Positions 10,018 to 22,500 of a DNA stretch of 64,000 nt are shown here, piece after piece. The notes beneath the pieces are model-generated. The model did not search any database, was not told the DNA's origin, and was given only the letters and a program-made list of their open reading frames with translations. Both the position numbers and the translations under genes were made by a program. Positions within the stretch are counted from its first letter, which is position 1; each line of letters opens with the position of its first letter. The DNA is from an uncultured archaeon (lineage in GTDB: Archaea; Thermoproteota; Bathyarchaeia; Bathyarchaeales; Bathycorpusculaceae), in assembly GCA_963782915.1 (NCBI GenBank), contig CAWALK010000018.1, forward strand, positions 128,001-192,000, written 5' to 3'.

Positions 10018-12910
10018 CTATTTGTCCCAGAATTCTCTTGTCCGCAGAAACTGAATCTTCGCTTTAAGCAGGTCCATGTAGAACTTGTCTTCTTCAGGAT
10101 GCATCTTACCCAAGATTCGCGATGCCGTTTCGGGTCCGACGCCTTTGACCTGTAGGGCGCGGACTGCTTCTTTGCCGTAGCTCAAGATCAGGTCTGCTTT
10201 GCGTCTTGCTTGGCTGACTTCTTTGAGTTCTTCTGGCGTGAGTTCTTTGCCTTCTTTTCGGCGTTTTAGTGCATCTTGCAGTTTCGCTTGGTCCTGTGAG
10301 CGATACAGCGGAGCCAGCAACCCTGACCCGCATTTGCCGCATTTGGGCTCTTCTGGTAGCTCCTTAATTTTCTGGTGAGTCGTCCATTCGCCGCATTTCA
10401 TGCACAGCAGTGTCGTCTCTCGGGCTTCGATTGCCATTTTGAGTTTGTCTACGTTGTTTACGAGGATTTTTTCAGGCGCCATTAACTCGGTTACGTCGCC
10501 GAATTTCGATAAAATGTAATAGGCTAGCGGTGAGGGTTTTTCGTAGCTGATGTAGGTGGTGACTTTAATTTTGCCCTCTCGCACTTGCTGCATGATTTGT
10601 TTGGCTTTGTCTAAATCGACTTTTTCCATCATGGCTTCTCGGATGGTTTCGCGGTAGACGGGTGTGTTGTCGAAGCGGTTTTTGAGGTCGGCTTGGCGTT
10701 GGTAACTCATCGTTTTGCCCCTTGGGAGTACGCCGAAGCGTTCTGCGACGAATTTCATTTTGTAGCCGAAGGGGAATTTAGCGTCTAAATACTTTTTGAA
10801 GGCGTTATCTACCGCTTCATCGCTGAGTCCAAATAGCGTTTGGGGTAATTCGGCGAGTTCCATTTTGTTTAACTTACGCGGTGCTTCGATTAGGATTCTG
10901 TAGCCGTCGGTCCACCAGCCGCTGATGACTTCGCGCTCCGAGAGGACGCTGTCAAAGATGCCGCCGAGTGTTTTGTTGACGAGTTCACCGAAGCAGGCAT
11001 GCACAATGATGTAGCGGTCATACACTTCCAGCACAATATGGTTCTGTGTCGGCAACGGTGCACCCAACTTTATGTGCTCGTAGACTTCGCTGATGGCTTG
11101 CGTCATGCTGGCTTTGTCTGAACCTAATTCTTTGGCTAAAACCTCAGCCGCAACAGCGGGATCGCCCGTCTCCTTGAGCACCTGCGCAATTCTTTGGCGG
11201 TTCTGCCCTGTCTGCTGCGCCAACTCAAAGGGCACAGGCAAAATCTCCCCATCCCAACCAGGCACAGACGCCATCGGATCCTCAGACGGCACCACATGCA
11301 CCGTCCCCGCCTCATCCTCAATCTGAACAATCCGCCAAACCTTACCCTTCATAATAAAATTCAAGCCCACACGCGCATGCAACGCCATGAATTCATCGCC
11401 TAACGTTCCGATTTTGCGGTCGCTTATGACGTTGATGACTGGGTAGCGGCGTTCGTCGGGTATCATGGATAGGTTTTCGTAGTAGTAGATGCGGGTTTTT
11501 TTGGTTTTAGTCAAAACGGTTTCGTCTTCGTTTAGTCTTATTTGGTTGAGGCTGTCTAAAAAGCGTAGCAGGTCCGCGAGTTCGGTTTTCTGGGTTTTGT
11601 GGTAGAGGTAGCTTCGGTGGATTATGCGTGTTAAGTCCTCTACTGCAAGCGGCTGCGCATCCATGAGTAAGCCTGCGATTTGATGCGCTAAAACGTCGAG
11701 GGCGCCTGTATGCATCGGCACTGGCTCAATCAGCCCCGCCTTTGCATTCTTAATCGACGCCAAAGCCTCCAGCGTGTCGTCGGGATAAACGGTAACTATG
11801 ACGCCGTGGGATTCCCTGCCTAATCGGTGCCCGCTTCTGCCAACCCTCTGGATTAAGCTGTTAACTTGCCGAGGCGACATGTACTGAACAACTAAATCCA
11901 CCTGCCCCACATCGATGCCTAATTCAAGGGTGCTCGTGCAGATGATGGCTTTTAGCTGCCCAGCTTTAAATTCATCCTCAATCGCGATACGCTCTTCTTT
12001 AGAGATGGAGCCATGATGGACGGCTATGTCTTCTCTGCCCAACTGCGCCAGCTTATACCCTAAAACCTCAGCGATAGTGCGGCTATTAACGAAAATAAGC
12101 GTAGACTGATGGCTATCCACCAGTTCGAGTATGCGCCTGATTCTCGCCGCTGCTTCAGGCGAAGTATCCAGTTTGCCTGCCAATTCATAGTCTTTCTCGG
12201 TGGGTGAGGGGTTTTCGACGCTGTAACGGTAACTCTTCTCCGCCGAAGCCTCCAATTATGGCGATTTTGCGGCGGCTTCCAGCGAGGTACTTGGCGATTT
12301 CTTGGGGGTTGCCGATGGTGGCTGATAAGCCGATGCGTTGGAATTCCCTGCCAGTAACCAACCGTAAACGCTCCAATGCCACCGATAATTGTGCTCCGCG
12401 TTTGCTCCCTGCTAAATCATGCACTTCATCCACAACCACAAACTCCACCGCTTTGAGGTGCCGACGCATCTGCGACCCAGGCAGAATCGCTTGCAGAGTC
12501 TCAGGGGTGGTGACGAGCATTTGGGGCGGTTGTTTGGCTTGTTTGCGGCGTATCTTCATTTCTGTGTCGCCATGGCGTACATCGACGGTTATGTCGAGTT
12601 TTTGGCTCCAGTATTGCAGGCGTTTGAGCATATCGCGGTTGAGTGCTCGAAGGGGCGTTATGTAGATAACTTGTATGCCGTGTTCTTCTGCGCTTTTCTG
12701 TTCAACCAGCTTCGAGAAAATCGGCAGTAAAACGGCTTCGGTTTTGCCAGTGCCAGTCGGCGCAATCAAAAGCACGTTTTCGCCTGCCAGAATCGGCGGG
12801 AACGCTTTGGTTTGGGGCAGCGTAGGCGCTGTGAATCCAAACTCATAGAGGGCTGTTTGGACGGGTTTGGCTAGTAATTCGAAGACAGAAGGGGCTGTTG
12901 CTGGCTGCAT
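10018..12910 (-). CDS. lhr: Lhr-like SF2 helicase with C-terminal Zn ribbon and HhH (indel near 12250)
   Basis: APTGTGKT, PLRAL, TTPE, DEVH, SAT, HHGS, TSTLELGID, QRVGRSGH; CMKC/CGKC; GVGPETA. Confidence 0.92.
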
Positions 12911-13036
12911 AGTCTTGGTTATTCTATGCGTTTGGGGAATGTTTTAACTCTTTAGCAAAAACTTGGTTAATCCGCCCTGAAAAAATTCGATCAGCACAAG
13001 ACGGCTGAAAAAAGTATGGGAGTTATCGCTTTTTCT

Positions 13037-13204
13037 CTATAGTCTGATTAATTCCGACTTTGAAATCCTTGCCCTTAGCACTTTATTGTGATGTCGTTCA
13101 TTGTGGAGTGCTATGTGGTCTGTTAGGTCTTCTTTGCCAAACGGCGTCGTTATTGCCCATTCGCATTGTGGGCATTTAAAACTGGCTGATTCAACTCTGC
13201 TCAT
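13037..13204 (-). CDS. 55-aa CxxC..HxxxH zinc-binding micro-protein (absent from ORF track)
   Basis: Translates as MSRVESASFKCPQCEWAITTPFGKEDLTDHIALHNERHHNKVLRARISKSELIRL. Confidence 0.7.
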   Translation of the reverse strand: MSRVESASFKCPQCEWAITTPFGKEDLTDHIALHNERHHNKVLRARISKSELIRL

Positions 13205-13334
13205 AGGTGTACCCCGTGTGTGATGTTAGCGGTTGATGGATTATAGATTTTTTGGTGCATTAATAGCTTGAAATCTGAAGTCTCTGTAACAATCCAGAGT
13301 AACTCATAATGATCAGGCTTAATTTTTTTTATTG

Positions 13335-13453
13335 GTTGTTGCCGCAGACCGCTCTTTTTTCAACAACAACCAGCAGGCTTGGCTAAAGCGGCTGTTTTGG
13401 TGTTGGCGGGTTCTGGCGATTGCGGGCTGGTTGCGGCGATTTCTGCAAGCAGA
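13335..13453 (+). repeat. dispersed repeat family A copy
   Basis: Colinear with 730-852: GTTGTTGCCGCAGACC..CAACAACAACCAGCAGGCTTGGCT..CTGTTTTGG..GATTGCGGGCTGGTTG..CAAGCAGA. Confidence 0.75.
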
Positions 13454-13610
13454 TACAAAGGCGAACATTGCAAGTAGGGGCTTGTTTGATCCTGTTTTTG
13501 TGGGGTTGTGTTGTACGGTTTGAGGGTGTTTTTGGGAAAGTTTAATATGGTTTAGAGGCGAAGGGAGTTATAACAATCAGTGCAACTTGTAGTAAGTAAA
13601 AACTTGATAA

Positions 13611-13958
13611 GTGTACAAGGGAGTTGGGGATAACATAAATTTAAAAATATACGCAGTCAAAAACGGCAACGGCAACCACCCGCAAGAACGCGTCCAACTG
13701 GTCGTAGTTGACCTAGACCGCGGCAAACGCTACCCACTCAACTTCGTCTGCGTCCTACCACGCTACTTCCGCATCCTAGAAAAACGCAGCAGCAAATTCG
13801 CGAAAATGTTCGGCACAAAAAGCTTACCCACAGCAAGAAAACTCTTAGTCGACGCCGACCATCAAGAAGAAGACCCCGAAATTAAAACCGTCATAAAACG
13901 CCGCATAAAAGACATCGACGCCAAACAAGAGTGCCCGCCACAACAGTCAACCACTTAA
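13611..13958 (+). CDS. hypothetical basic protein
   Basis: 115-aa ORF with coding-like codon usage; no motif recognised. Confidence 0.65.
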   Translation: MYKGVGDNINLKIYAVKNGNGNHPQERVQLVVVDLDRGKRYPLNFVCVLPRYFRILEKRSSKFAKMFGTKSLPTARKLLVDADHQEEDPEIKTVIKRRIKDIDAKQECPPQQSTT

Positions 13959-14047
13959 TTTTCTTCTCTTATTTCTTAAACTAAAAGCACCCAATCCGCA
14001 ATTAGCAGACTATTCGAACGCTAACATACTCAATACTAAAAAGAATT

Positions 14048-15256
14048 TTAACGGGTGGAAAGAAGAAGGGAAATTAAATAATCCTTCTCAACCAAGCCGT
14101 ATCCGCCCTGTTTTGCAGAGAACTCATCGAACACTTTAACCCCGTCTGGTGCCAGTGACGGCGCGGCTATGGCGAATGGCACTGGATCACGCGAGTGGGT
14201 TCGGGTTTTAACTGGTGTGGGATGGTCTGGCAAAATCGCTATGGCATAGGGTTCAGTGATGCCATCCATGATTCTACCCAGGCAGCGTTTGTCTAAGTCT
14301 TCGATGGTTTTTAGTTTCAACTTATAGTCGCCGACGTGCCCCGCTTCATCGGGCGCTTCCACATGCACGAAGACTAAATCGTTAGTTTTTAGTGCTTCCA
14401 AGGCGGCGTCTGCTTTGCCTTCATAGTTAGTATCGTAGAGTCCAGTTGCGCCTTCAACCTTTATGATTTGCATGCCCGCGTAGGTGCCGATCCCTTTCAC
14501 CAGGTCAACTGCTGAGATTACGGCGGATTTTATGCCATATTTCTCTTTGAGGGTGGGCATGGATGGTTTTTTGCCGCCGCCCCAAGGCCAAATCAAATTG
14601 CCAGGGCGTTGATCACACATTTCTCTGGCAACGTTAACTGGATGGTCACGCAGGATGTCTCTGGATTTCGCTATCATATCCCTAAGTAACTGTGCGTTTT
14701 TTTCTGCTTCAGGGACCAACGCTTTTGGCAACACGTCCGCTACTGGCACGCCCCGTGCATCATGCGGTGGAACGCATTTGATTTGCTCTGGGTTGGGGAA
14801 GTTGCGCAGGATTAAAAAGTGCCTGTAGTCTAAGCCGGCGTAGAATTCGATTTCGTTGGGTTTATCAAACGCCTTCTTAACTGCGGCTATTAGTTCGGTT
14901 GCTTCTTCGGTGGTTATGTGCCCCGCAGAGTAGTCGGCTATGGCGTTGTTTTCTTCAGTGATTATGTTACAGCGGTATGCGGTGTCGTTTGGGCCGAGTT
15001 GTATGCCCCGTGCGGGTGCTTCGAGTGGTCCTCTGCCGGTATTATAGATGCGTGGGTCGTAACCGAGGACTGAGCATATCGCTGTGTCTGAGCCGGGAGT
15101 CATCTCGTCAGGAACGTTTTTAATAAGGCCACTTCTGCCCTTTGCAGCAATAGAATCCATGTAGGGTTTAACTGCTGCTTGAAGCAGAGTCTTATCGCCC
15201 AATTCCGGAATCGGATAATCCGACATGCCATCTCCGACAACGAGTATATACTTCAT
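14048..15256 (-). CDS. apgM: cofactor-independent phosphoglycerate mutase (archaeal type)
   Basis: GDGMSD, PGSD, GRGPLEA, HVEAPDEAGH, DHPTP, THSRDPVP. Confidence 0.93.
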   Translation of the reverse strand: MKYILVVGDGMSDYPIPELGDKTLLQAAVKPYMDSIAAKGRSGLIKNVPDEMTPGSDTAICSVLGYDPRIYNTGRGPLEAPARGIQLGPNDTAYRCNIITEENNAIADYSAGHITTEEATELIAAVKKAFDKPNEIEFYAGLDYRHFLILRNFPNPEQIKCVPPHDARGVPVADVLPKALVPEAEKNAQLLRDMIAKSRDILRDHPVNVAREMCDQRPGNLIWPWGGGKKPSMPTLKEKYGIKSAVISAVDLVKGIGTYAGMQIIKVEGATGLYDTNYEGKADAALEALKTNDLVFVHVEAPDEAGHVGDYKLKLKTIEDLDKRCLGRIMDGITEPYAIAILPDHPTPVKTRTHSRDPVPFAIAAPSLAPDGVKVFDEFSAKQGGYGLVEKDYLISLLLSTR

Positions 15257-15458
15257 TAGTTATTCACCAGTTACCTTGAAGCTTTCTTGAGGGATAATGC
15301 AATCACGTATTTATCTTCTTACTGCCAAAAAACCATTGAAATAGGCAAGAAAGTGCTAATTCGCCATGAACTGTGATTACCTGTGTACACCAACAAACGT
15401 TTATGATTTTAGCCAGCCTAGAGTTAACTTAGACCATGAATTTTAGGGGTATTTTTGA

Positions 15459-15800
15459 ATGCTTGAAGGATGGGAATGGATTATCATCGGTGTAGTCGCT
15501 ATAGTCATTATTCTTTGGGGTCCATCGAAGATTCCGGAGTTCGCAAAATCCCTTGGCCGCGCTAAAGGAGAATTCAGCAAGGCACAAAAAGAATTCACCG
15601 CAGCTGCAACCGCAGAACCACAAACCCCCACAGTACAAGCCCAAACAGTATCTGCTACAGCTCCACGCGTAACAATCAAGAGCAGCGACGAAATGCTGCT
15701 AGACACCGCACAACGCCTTGGAATACAAACCGAAGGCAAAACACGCGACCAACTCAGCGAAGAAATCTCTGTCAAAGCCAAATTACTAGGCGCAGCGTGA
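15459..15800 (+). CDS. tatA: twin-arginine translocase TatA
   Basis: EWIII..WGPSKIPEFAKSLGRAKGEF; adjacent to tatC. Confidence 0.93.
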   Translation: MLEGWEWIIIGVVAIVIILWGPSKIPEFAKSLGRAKGEFSKAQKEFTAAATAEPQTPTVQAQTVSATAPRVTIKSSDEMLLDTAQRLGIQTEGKTRDQLSEEISVKAKLLGAA

Positions 15801-15870
15801 TTACACCGCACCCACATTTTTCTTCTAAGTAATTAGTTTTTAGGCTAAAAACTTTCATGCTGGAGACTAT

Positions 15871-16748
15871 ATGCAAAAAGAACTCAACTCTTTTTGGGGA
15901 CACATTGCGGAATTAACTAAACGCATGAAAGTTGTCCTAGCAGTGTTCCTTACTTCACTGTTTATTATGCTGGTTTTACCGGCTAACACAGATTTTTTTG
16001 CCTTAACAAGCAATTATAAACCGTTAATGTCGGTTCTGTTAACTTATATTTCTGATAGTTTTCTACCGTCCAATGCTCAATTATTCGCAGGCTCCATGTC
16101 AGACCCAATCACACTCTACGCCTACGCGGCATTGGTCTTCGCAGTAGGGATTACGTTACCGGTATTTGCTTACGAAGCCATACAATTCATTAGCCCAGCA
16201 CTCTACGACAACGAAAAAAAGATGCTATTCCCATACGTAACTTCAGTAACAGCCCTCTTCATAGTAGGAGCATTATTCGGCTTCTTCTTTTTAGCACCCT
16301 CATTCATACAGGGATTCTTCCCCTTCTACTACGCAGTAGGCGCATTACCCTACATTCCAATCATGGATTTCTACAACATCGTATTCTTCACAGTACTCAT
16401 AAGCGGAGGCCTATTCACCGTACCAGTCTTCTTTGTCATCCTAGTAAAATTCAACATAATCAAAACCAACTTAATTACGGGAAAACGCAAATGGATCTAT
16501 CTGGGCATGGTTATCGCTGCTATGCTGATTTCGCCGGGGGCCACTCCAATGGGCGATTTAATTTTGGAGTCCAATTACTAGGGCTCTTGGAAGCAAGCAT
16601 CTTTATAGCCAGATTAGTTGAGAAACCAAGAAGGAGAAATCGAAAATTCAATCTTGGCTATCAACAGAAACTTGCGGGTACTGCAAAGCACGGTTGATTC
16701 CAAGATGTAACTGAGTTCTGCCCACAATGCAAACGCTCCATAAAGTAA
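15871..16748 (+). CDS. tatC: twin-arginine translocase TatC with probable C-terminal zinc ribbon (indels in 3' part)
   Basis: HIAELTKR, FISPALYDNEKK, RKWIYL..AMLISP; downstream TCGYCK..FCPQCKRSIK*. Confidence 0.88.
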
Positions 16749-16914
16749 CACTTAGCCACCAAATGTAGGGCAAACAAGCTGTGAATGTAATGCGTAACAA
16801 CAAACGCTCAAAAATACCAGACGGCATAGTTAAGCAAGGGTTTTTCTAAGTGCTAAACGAAAACATTATTTAGTATAAGTAAGCTATTATTACTATCAAA
16901 CTGGGAAGTAATTT

Positions 16915-18438
16915 GTGCAGGTTACGACGCAGCGATGTGAACAATGTGGTATGAGTGTGGATTTAATTGGTGAATGCGTTTTAAAATTGTTGATAGCTCA
17001 GGCGATGAACATATTGCTTGTTGTTGGTTTGTGCACTCAAATTAATCAAAACTTATGGAGAACTAAACATCACATCTTTCTATAATACAATAGCGATCTC
17101 ACGAAATAACGATAAGCGCGAAACAGAAGGGCAGTGGGCTTACGGTTAATAGACAGACTGCGCTAGTTACTACTGGCGGTGGATGCACTAAGAATAGACT
17201 TGTTTACGATTCTTCTGTGGCGGATGCTTTGCTTGCATCACGAAACATGGGAACATCAAGTTGGCTTTGCGCTAACAAATGCTACAGTTACAAATTCAAC
17301 GAGAATTGGGATTGCTCAAGCGGCACTACAATATGGGGGAGGCTCACCTCTGTCTGTGAACAATGTGGAATGGATGTGGATATTACTGGTTAAGCAAGGT
17401 TCAAAATCTATGATTCAACGGAACCTCACGTTGCCTGCTGCGTAATCTGTGCGTTTAGATTACAAAGAACCTATCGAGACCTCAATATTACGACGTTCTG
17501 TGACTACTATGGACGAAATTATGTAATAACCTAAACTTGAAAAACAACGGCACTGACGTTACTGTTAACCTCTTGACGCGCTAATTATCGTTGCAGGAAG
17601 CTGTAGCAAAAACAGAATAGTCTACAATTCCACGCTGCAGATGCGCTGCTTGCACGCCTAACAATGGGCAATCAAAATGGCTTTCAGCGTTAACGAACGA
17701 TACGGTTGCTGTAAACGCAATATGGACTAACTATAACTCAAGCTGCGCTTATCAATGGAGTCGGTACACGATTTCGAGCGTAACCCTTCACGCTCAACCC
17801 TTCAGCCACTCGCACATCAACGGCAAACGTACGACGAGCGAATCACTATCTCTAAAACCTTGGAGCTTTGAAACTCCTCAGGCTACAATAAGCACAATTT
17901 TAGAGTGCGAAGCTTGCGGCATGGATGTAACTGCTGACTCTCAAGCACGTTACAGGGTAACAGATGAAAATGGAAAGGTGCACTATGTCGAATGCTTCAT
18001 GTGCGCTATGCAACTTGTAAACGACTATGAAAACTTCATATTGAAACCTACTGCGACTGGTATGGACGAAACTATGCAATCACTGTCGACACATCGAATT
18101 ATGGGGCAGAAGTCACTGTTAATCTATCAACAGCTATTTTTCTCGGGGCGGAAGTTGTGTAACGCTCGAGTAGCGTACAACCAGACAGCAGCGGACGACC
18201 TAGCAAACGGATTCTCTCAATATATCTCGCCTGAACGACAATACAAGTTGCGGGCTACAACCGAAGTCAAACAGATAATTGAGGCAATAAACACATGGTA
18301 TGCGTAAGCAGACGTAACTGCAACACTAAGAGTGTTGATGCTTGCTCTGTTAGTAGTTATGGCGTTATAATCATAGGAAGTCTAATAGTCGCCTACAAAA
18401 AACTAAGTGTTCACAAAAACGACGATACTAAAAAATAG
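16915..18438 (+). CDS. three-repeat Cys-rich NosL/TRASH-like metal-binding protein with C-terminal TM (many indels)
   Basis: CEQCGMSVD (16936), CEQCGMDVD (17355), CEACGMDVT (17906); each followed by H.(A/E)C.xCA and GxC; TFCDYYG/TYCDWYG seen in repeats 2 and 3. Confidence 0.65.
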
Positions 18439-18453
18439 GGGAAGAAAACGAGA

Positions 18454-19247
18454 ATGATGTAAACTTGTATGTAGTCAGTTTAGCTATAGCTTTTTTCGGC
18501 TTAGTTCTAGGCTGCTTCGCGCACTGAAGGCATACAGAGTAAGAGAGGGCATCAAAACGCTTCCGATGATCAACGTTATGAATTGGAGAAAAATTTTTCC
18601 TTAGTATCGGTAGTGGGCTGCATACCTACCTTAGCCGCACGAATATGGACAACTTCTTTTTTGGATAACGGTTGTTTCGCTGATTTTCGGTTTCTGGAGC
18701 AATGTGCGAGTTCGGCGTTTTCTAAGCAGGCGCACGCTGGTCTTGGGCTAACTTAGTGTTGAAGCTTTTTCACGATGTTTGCATTTGGCGGTTGGCTATT
18801 CTTTGACTCATGAACAGAAAACTAGAAGAGGTCTCCACTGTATGAGTTCGATTTCTCGAGGCTTCGTTTTACTTCTGCCTCTTCTATTCATCGATGCCCT
18901 CCTAGATCATTTCATTCTTTGGAGGGCTACGCAGCCAATGGTTGTTCTCTGCTGCATCGTCATGTGCTTCCAACACAACACCTGGACTGTTCAACGTAGG
19001 TTGCCTCTTCTGCTTTATAACATACCAGTATCCTCTCCTTTGGGGAGTTATCCCCGCCTACTCTGTTTCCATCGCCTTAGTAGTATGGAATTTTCTGTTT
19101 CGGCGATCTTCCAAGAATAACCCGGAGATTAGAGACGAAATTCTGGGTGTGAATCGAAAGGTTGTTTTGGCATGCATAATTTTAGCGGTTACCGGTACAG
19201 TACTGCTGGTGCTGCAAATGGCGCTGGTAGCATTGAGCAATACTTAA
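18454..19247 (+). CDS. multi-pass membrane protein with GAMC and CC motifs (indels)
   Basis: Pieces read DQRYELEKNFSLVSVVG, GAMCEFGVF, PLLFIDALLD, VLCC, GCLFCF. Confidence 0.55.
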
Positions 19248-19317
19248 AATCAATGCATCGAATTCAAGCTGTTTTCTTTTTTAGCATGTGCTAAAGGAAA
19301 AGATTGGGGTGCATCCT

Positions 19318-19827
19318 TTGAATCTTAAAAAAATCTTTATAGCCGAAATCTCTCTCGGCGGTCATAATAATCTTGTTCGCCGCGTTTTTTGTTAGAGTTT
19401 ACGCCATTCTTGTCAAACGGAGGGCAAACAGAGCCAATATTGTTGTCTTCAACCAAAGAGAATTAAGCTCGTAAAAGAATTCTGCTATCCGCGGGTCAAA
19501 GAGATAGCTCACAAAGCAATCTTTACAACCTACGACTCGGCTATAATGGTCGTGGATATAGAGTTCCACGATCTGGCAGAGATCAGGGTATCTCTCGTTG
19601 TACTGCAACGGCATATTAATAGTGACGTTTGAGGCGACACCAAACAATCCTTATGTTGAATTAACCACTATAACTTTTAGGGCTTTGATATAGTAAAGCC
19701 ACCGCCTCCTAAACTGCCAATCTCTTTTGCGTTTGCCTACGGAAACGAAGTTTCCTTTTTGTCTCCTGAATCAAACGGGTACGAGGGGTCTTTTAGCTAT
19801 CAAATCAACATTAGAGGAAGCCGATAA
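19318..19827 (+). CDS. membrane-anchored hypothetical protein (indels)
   Basis: Pieces read AVIIILFAAFLLEF, GYLSLYCNGILI, YEGSFSYQINIRGSR*. Confidence 0.5.
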
Positions 19828-19829
19828 AT

Positions 19830-20153
19830 TTGGGTTCAAAATTAATACTATCGATTTTGGTTGTTCTAACACTTTTCATTCTGTGTTCTTGCGCTTTATC
19901 GCAAATTTCTTGGTCAATGAAAGAGAATACCTCGGATTCCCTACGCCAATTAGTTGGGTTACCAAGTATAGCTGTTGGGAACCTTAGCCCCTCAACTAGA
20001 AACCCTGGAGTTGAGTTATTTTGCACTGGACTTTACGATGTTCCTGGTGGTTACTGCAGCTATTTTTCTTTGGGATCGTCATACATCGACTTCCAGATGC
20101 CGTCAAACTTTACAGTGACCAACAACTCGATAATTGAAGTTGGAGGAAAATAG
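19830..20153 (+). CDS. small membrane-anchored/secreted protein preceding the ABC permease
   Basis: Hydrophobic N-terminus; LVGLPSIAVG..TRNPGVELFCTGLYDVPGGYC. Confidence 0.7.
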   Translation: MGSKLILSILVVLTLFILCSCALSQISWSMKENTSDSLRQLVGLPSIAVGNLSPSTRNPGVELFCTGLYDVPGGYCSYFSLGSSYIDFQMPSNFTVTNNSIIEVGGK

Positions 20154-21396
20154 TTGCAAAGATTTAAAAATCTAATGAATTATGCATTAAATTGCATACA
20201 AAGATACAAAATGAGAACCGCCGTCATCTTAATTTGCCTCGCCGTTGCATCATCGGCTTTTTCAGCAGTTGCATTCATGTCAGATGGACTAGTGGGCAAG
20301 AGGGCGCTTTGAGTTTAAAGTATGCTCCTGACTTAACTATTCAAGGCATTCAAGCAGGTAGACAAACGCTCATTTCAACCTACTACATAAATCCCATTTT
20401 GGCTGCTGCTCCCCGGAGTGAGTGGAATCTCTGAGAGAATTTGGGGCTATGGAAATGTCGGAAACACCCTAATCGTTATTGTAGGTCTTGATATTGGAAA
20501 CTCAGCATCAAATGATAACTCATCTCAAACCAACGCCTTTATCGCCGATCAGTCTTCTGCTTATCCTTTAGAGGCAGGTCAGTTTCTTGATCCACAGTCA
20601 AACCAAACTGTGGTTATTGGAAAAGGCGTAGCAGAATTACTTGGCGCCAGCGTCGGCACTGAATTGTCGATACTAACAGAGGCCAATGTAATCAAGCGGT
20701 ATAACGTTGTGGGAATATTCAACAGCGAATCAAGTATTTACAGTGCCGACATGATATTGATGAACTTGAACACAGCACGAGATTTCTTTAACATACCTGA
20801 CGGGAAAGTAACAGATCTATTGGTGTATGTGAATGATGAAGAACGCTAGTTCAAAAGATTCCGCCATCAACTTGGTAGCGCGACAAATAACAGAGCTACC
20901 CAATTGCCGGGTTGTAACAAAAGATGTTCTTCTCGATGCCCAGCAGAAAACATATGGCGATAGATCAGGATTCTTCTCAATCGTATGGTACGTTATTTTA
21001 ATTGCCATTGCAATAATTGCGTTTAATCAAACTGTCGTTGTAGGGCATGAATCGAAGTTTGAAGTGGGCTTACTTAAATCACTTGGATTTTCCACCTCAG
21101 ACATCATCCAGGTGCGGTTTGTGGAAAGCCTTGTGCTTGGAGCGCTTGCTGGAGCAATTGGATTATCAATCGGCATTTTATATGACAGTGTATTGGGTGC
21201 GCCAGTCCTTAGAGATTTCATGTTGGGTTGGGCTAACCTTTATCCCAGCTTTCCAGTTCCTTTTTTGATCAATCCACAAACAGTTTTATTCACTTTCGCT
21301 GTAACCATCGTGCCTCTACTTTTTGCTACAGTAATTCCTTCTTGGCTTAACGCTACAGTTGACCCTGACATAGCCATGAGAGGTGCCCGAGCATGA
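20154..21396 (+). CDS. FtsX/MacB-type ABC permease (indels)
   Basis: Periplasmic core (GQFL..VVIGKGVAELLG..VVGIF) and EVGLLKSLGFSTSDI..FVESLVLG. Confidence 0.88.
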
Positions 21397-22064
21397 TTGA
21401 AGCATTAAACTTGACTAAAATTTATAATCAAGGCAAAAAAAACCAGGTTGAAGCCTTAAAAGATGCAAGCATAACCGCAGAGAATGGAGCAATAACCGCA
21501 TTGGTGGGACCCAGCGGCTGCGGAAAAACCACTTTGATGAGTATAATTGGACAACTGCTAACACCTACCAAAGGAAAAGTAATAATCGACGGGGAAAACA
21601 TCACCGCATACTCAGACGGTTGGAAAGCTTCTTTTAGAAGAAAAAACATGGGGTTTGTCTTCCAACACATTAACTTGCTTCCTAACTTTAACGCTTTAGA
21701 AAATGTGATGACTCCGCTTATATGCCAAGATATTGATCCTGCTAAATACAAGGGGTTAGCTCTTGAATTGCTGGGTCAATTGGGATTGTCGGAGAGGGCG
21801 TATTTTAACGTAGAACAGCTCTCAGGTGGTCAGCAGCAGAGAGTGGCTGTGGCAAGAGCGTTAATAACCGAGCCGAAAATAATCGTTGCTGATGAACCGC
21901 TAACTTTCGTTGATGAAGCATCCGCGAAGAGAATAACTGATTTCTTCGTTAAACTCAAAGATGAAGGAAAAACAATTCTGATTTCGACACATGCCGCTAG
22001 CTTAGCGAAACTTGCAAGTAAAACATATTTGATTACTGATGGAAAAATTTTTGATTCTTACTAG
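21393..22064 (+). CDS. LolD/MacB-type ABC ATPase
   Basis: GPSGCGKT, GFVFQ, LSGGQQQRVAVARAL, ADEP, TH. Confidence 0.95.
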   Translation: MIEALNLTKIYNQGKKNQVEALKDASITAENGAITALVGPSGCGKTTLMSIIGQLLTPTKGKVIIDGENITAYSDGWKASFRRKNMGFVFQHINLLPNFNALENVMTPLICQDIDPAKYKGLALELLGQLGLSERAYFNVEQLSGGQQQRVAVARALITEPKIIVADEPLTFVDEASAKRITDFFVKLKDEGKTILISTHAASLAKLASKTYLITDGKIFDSY

Positions 22065-22500
22065 TTCCAGTAAAATATGCGGCAATTTAAAAATTGTTTT
22101 TTTAACCGTTTTGATGATTCTAGTTTATCCAGCATATTTTTTTTGACATTCAGGATAGTTAAGCTGTAGTTAAAAAACTCTTAAATTCTGCTTGCGAATT
22201 ACGGCTCAACCAATCTACAATCCAAGACATAAATAAAGCATTGTGATCAAACCAAATAGAAGATGAGTAATGGATAGTACCATTATCTAATACTGAGAAA
22301 TCAAACAAACTACAACTTTTCCAGAGGGGTATTGTTAAAAATAAGAGCTAAAGTCAAAAGCCATTTATGAAAAAATCCCGGCCATTTTTTTGATTAACGT
22401 TAAGGGTATATAACAAATTAGCATTAGAAAGTATTAAATTATCGTATAAAAAAGAAAAAGGGGAATCGCTTTTTTGCAACGTATTTAACTTTTCTTTAGA

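Noticed and set aside
16915-22064. Nitrous oxide reductase (nos) cluster
   Set aside because: No nosZ or nosD, and the ABC is FtsX/LolD type rather than NosFY.
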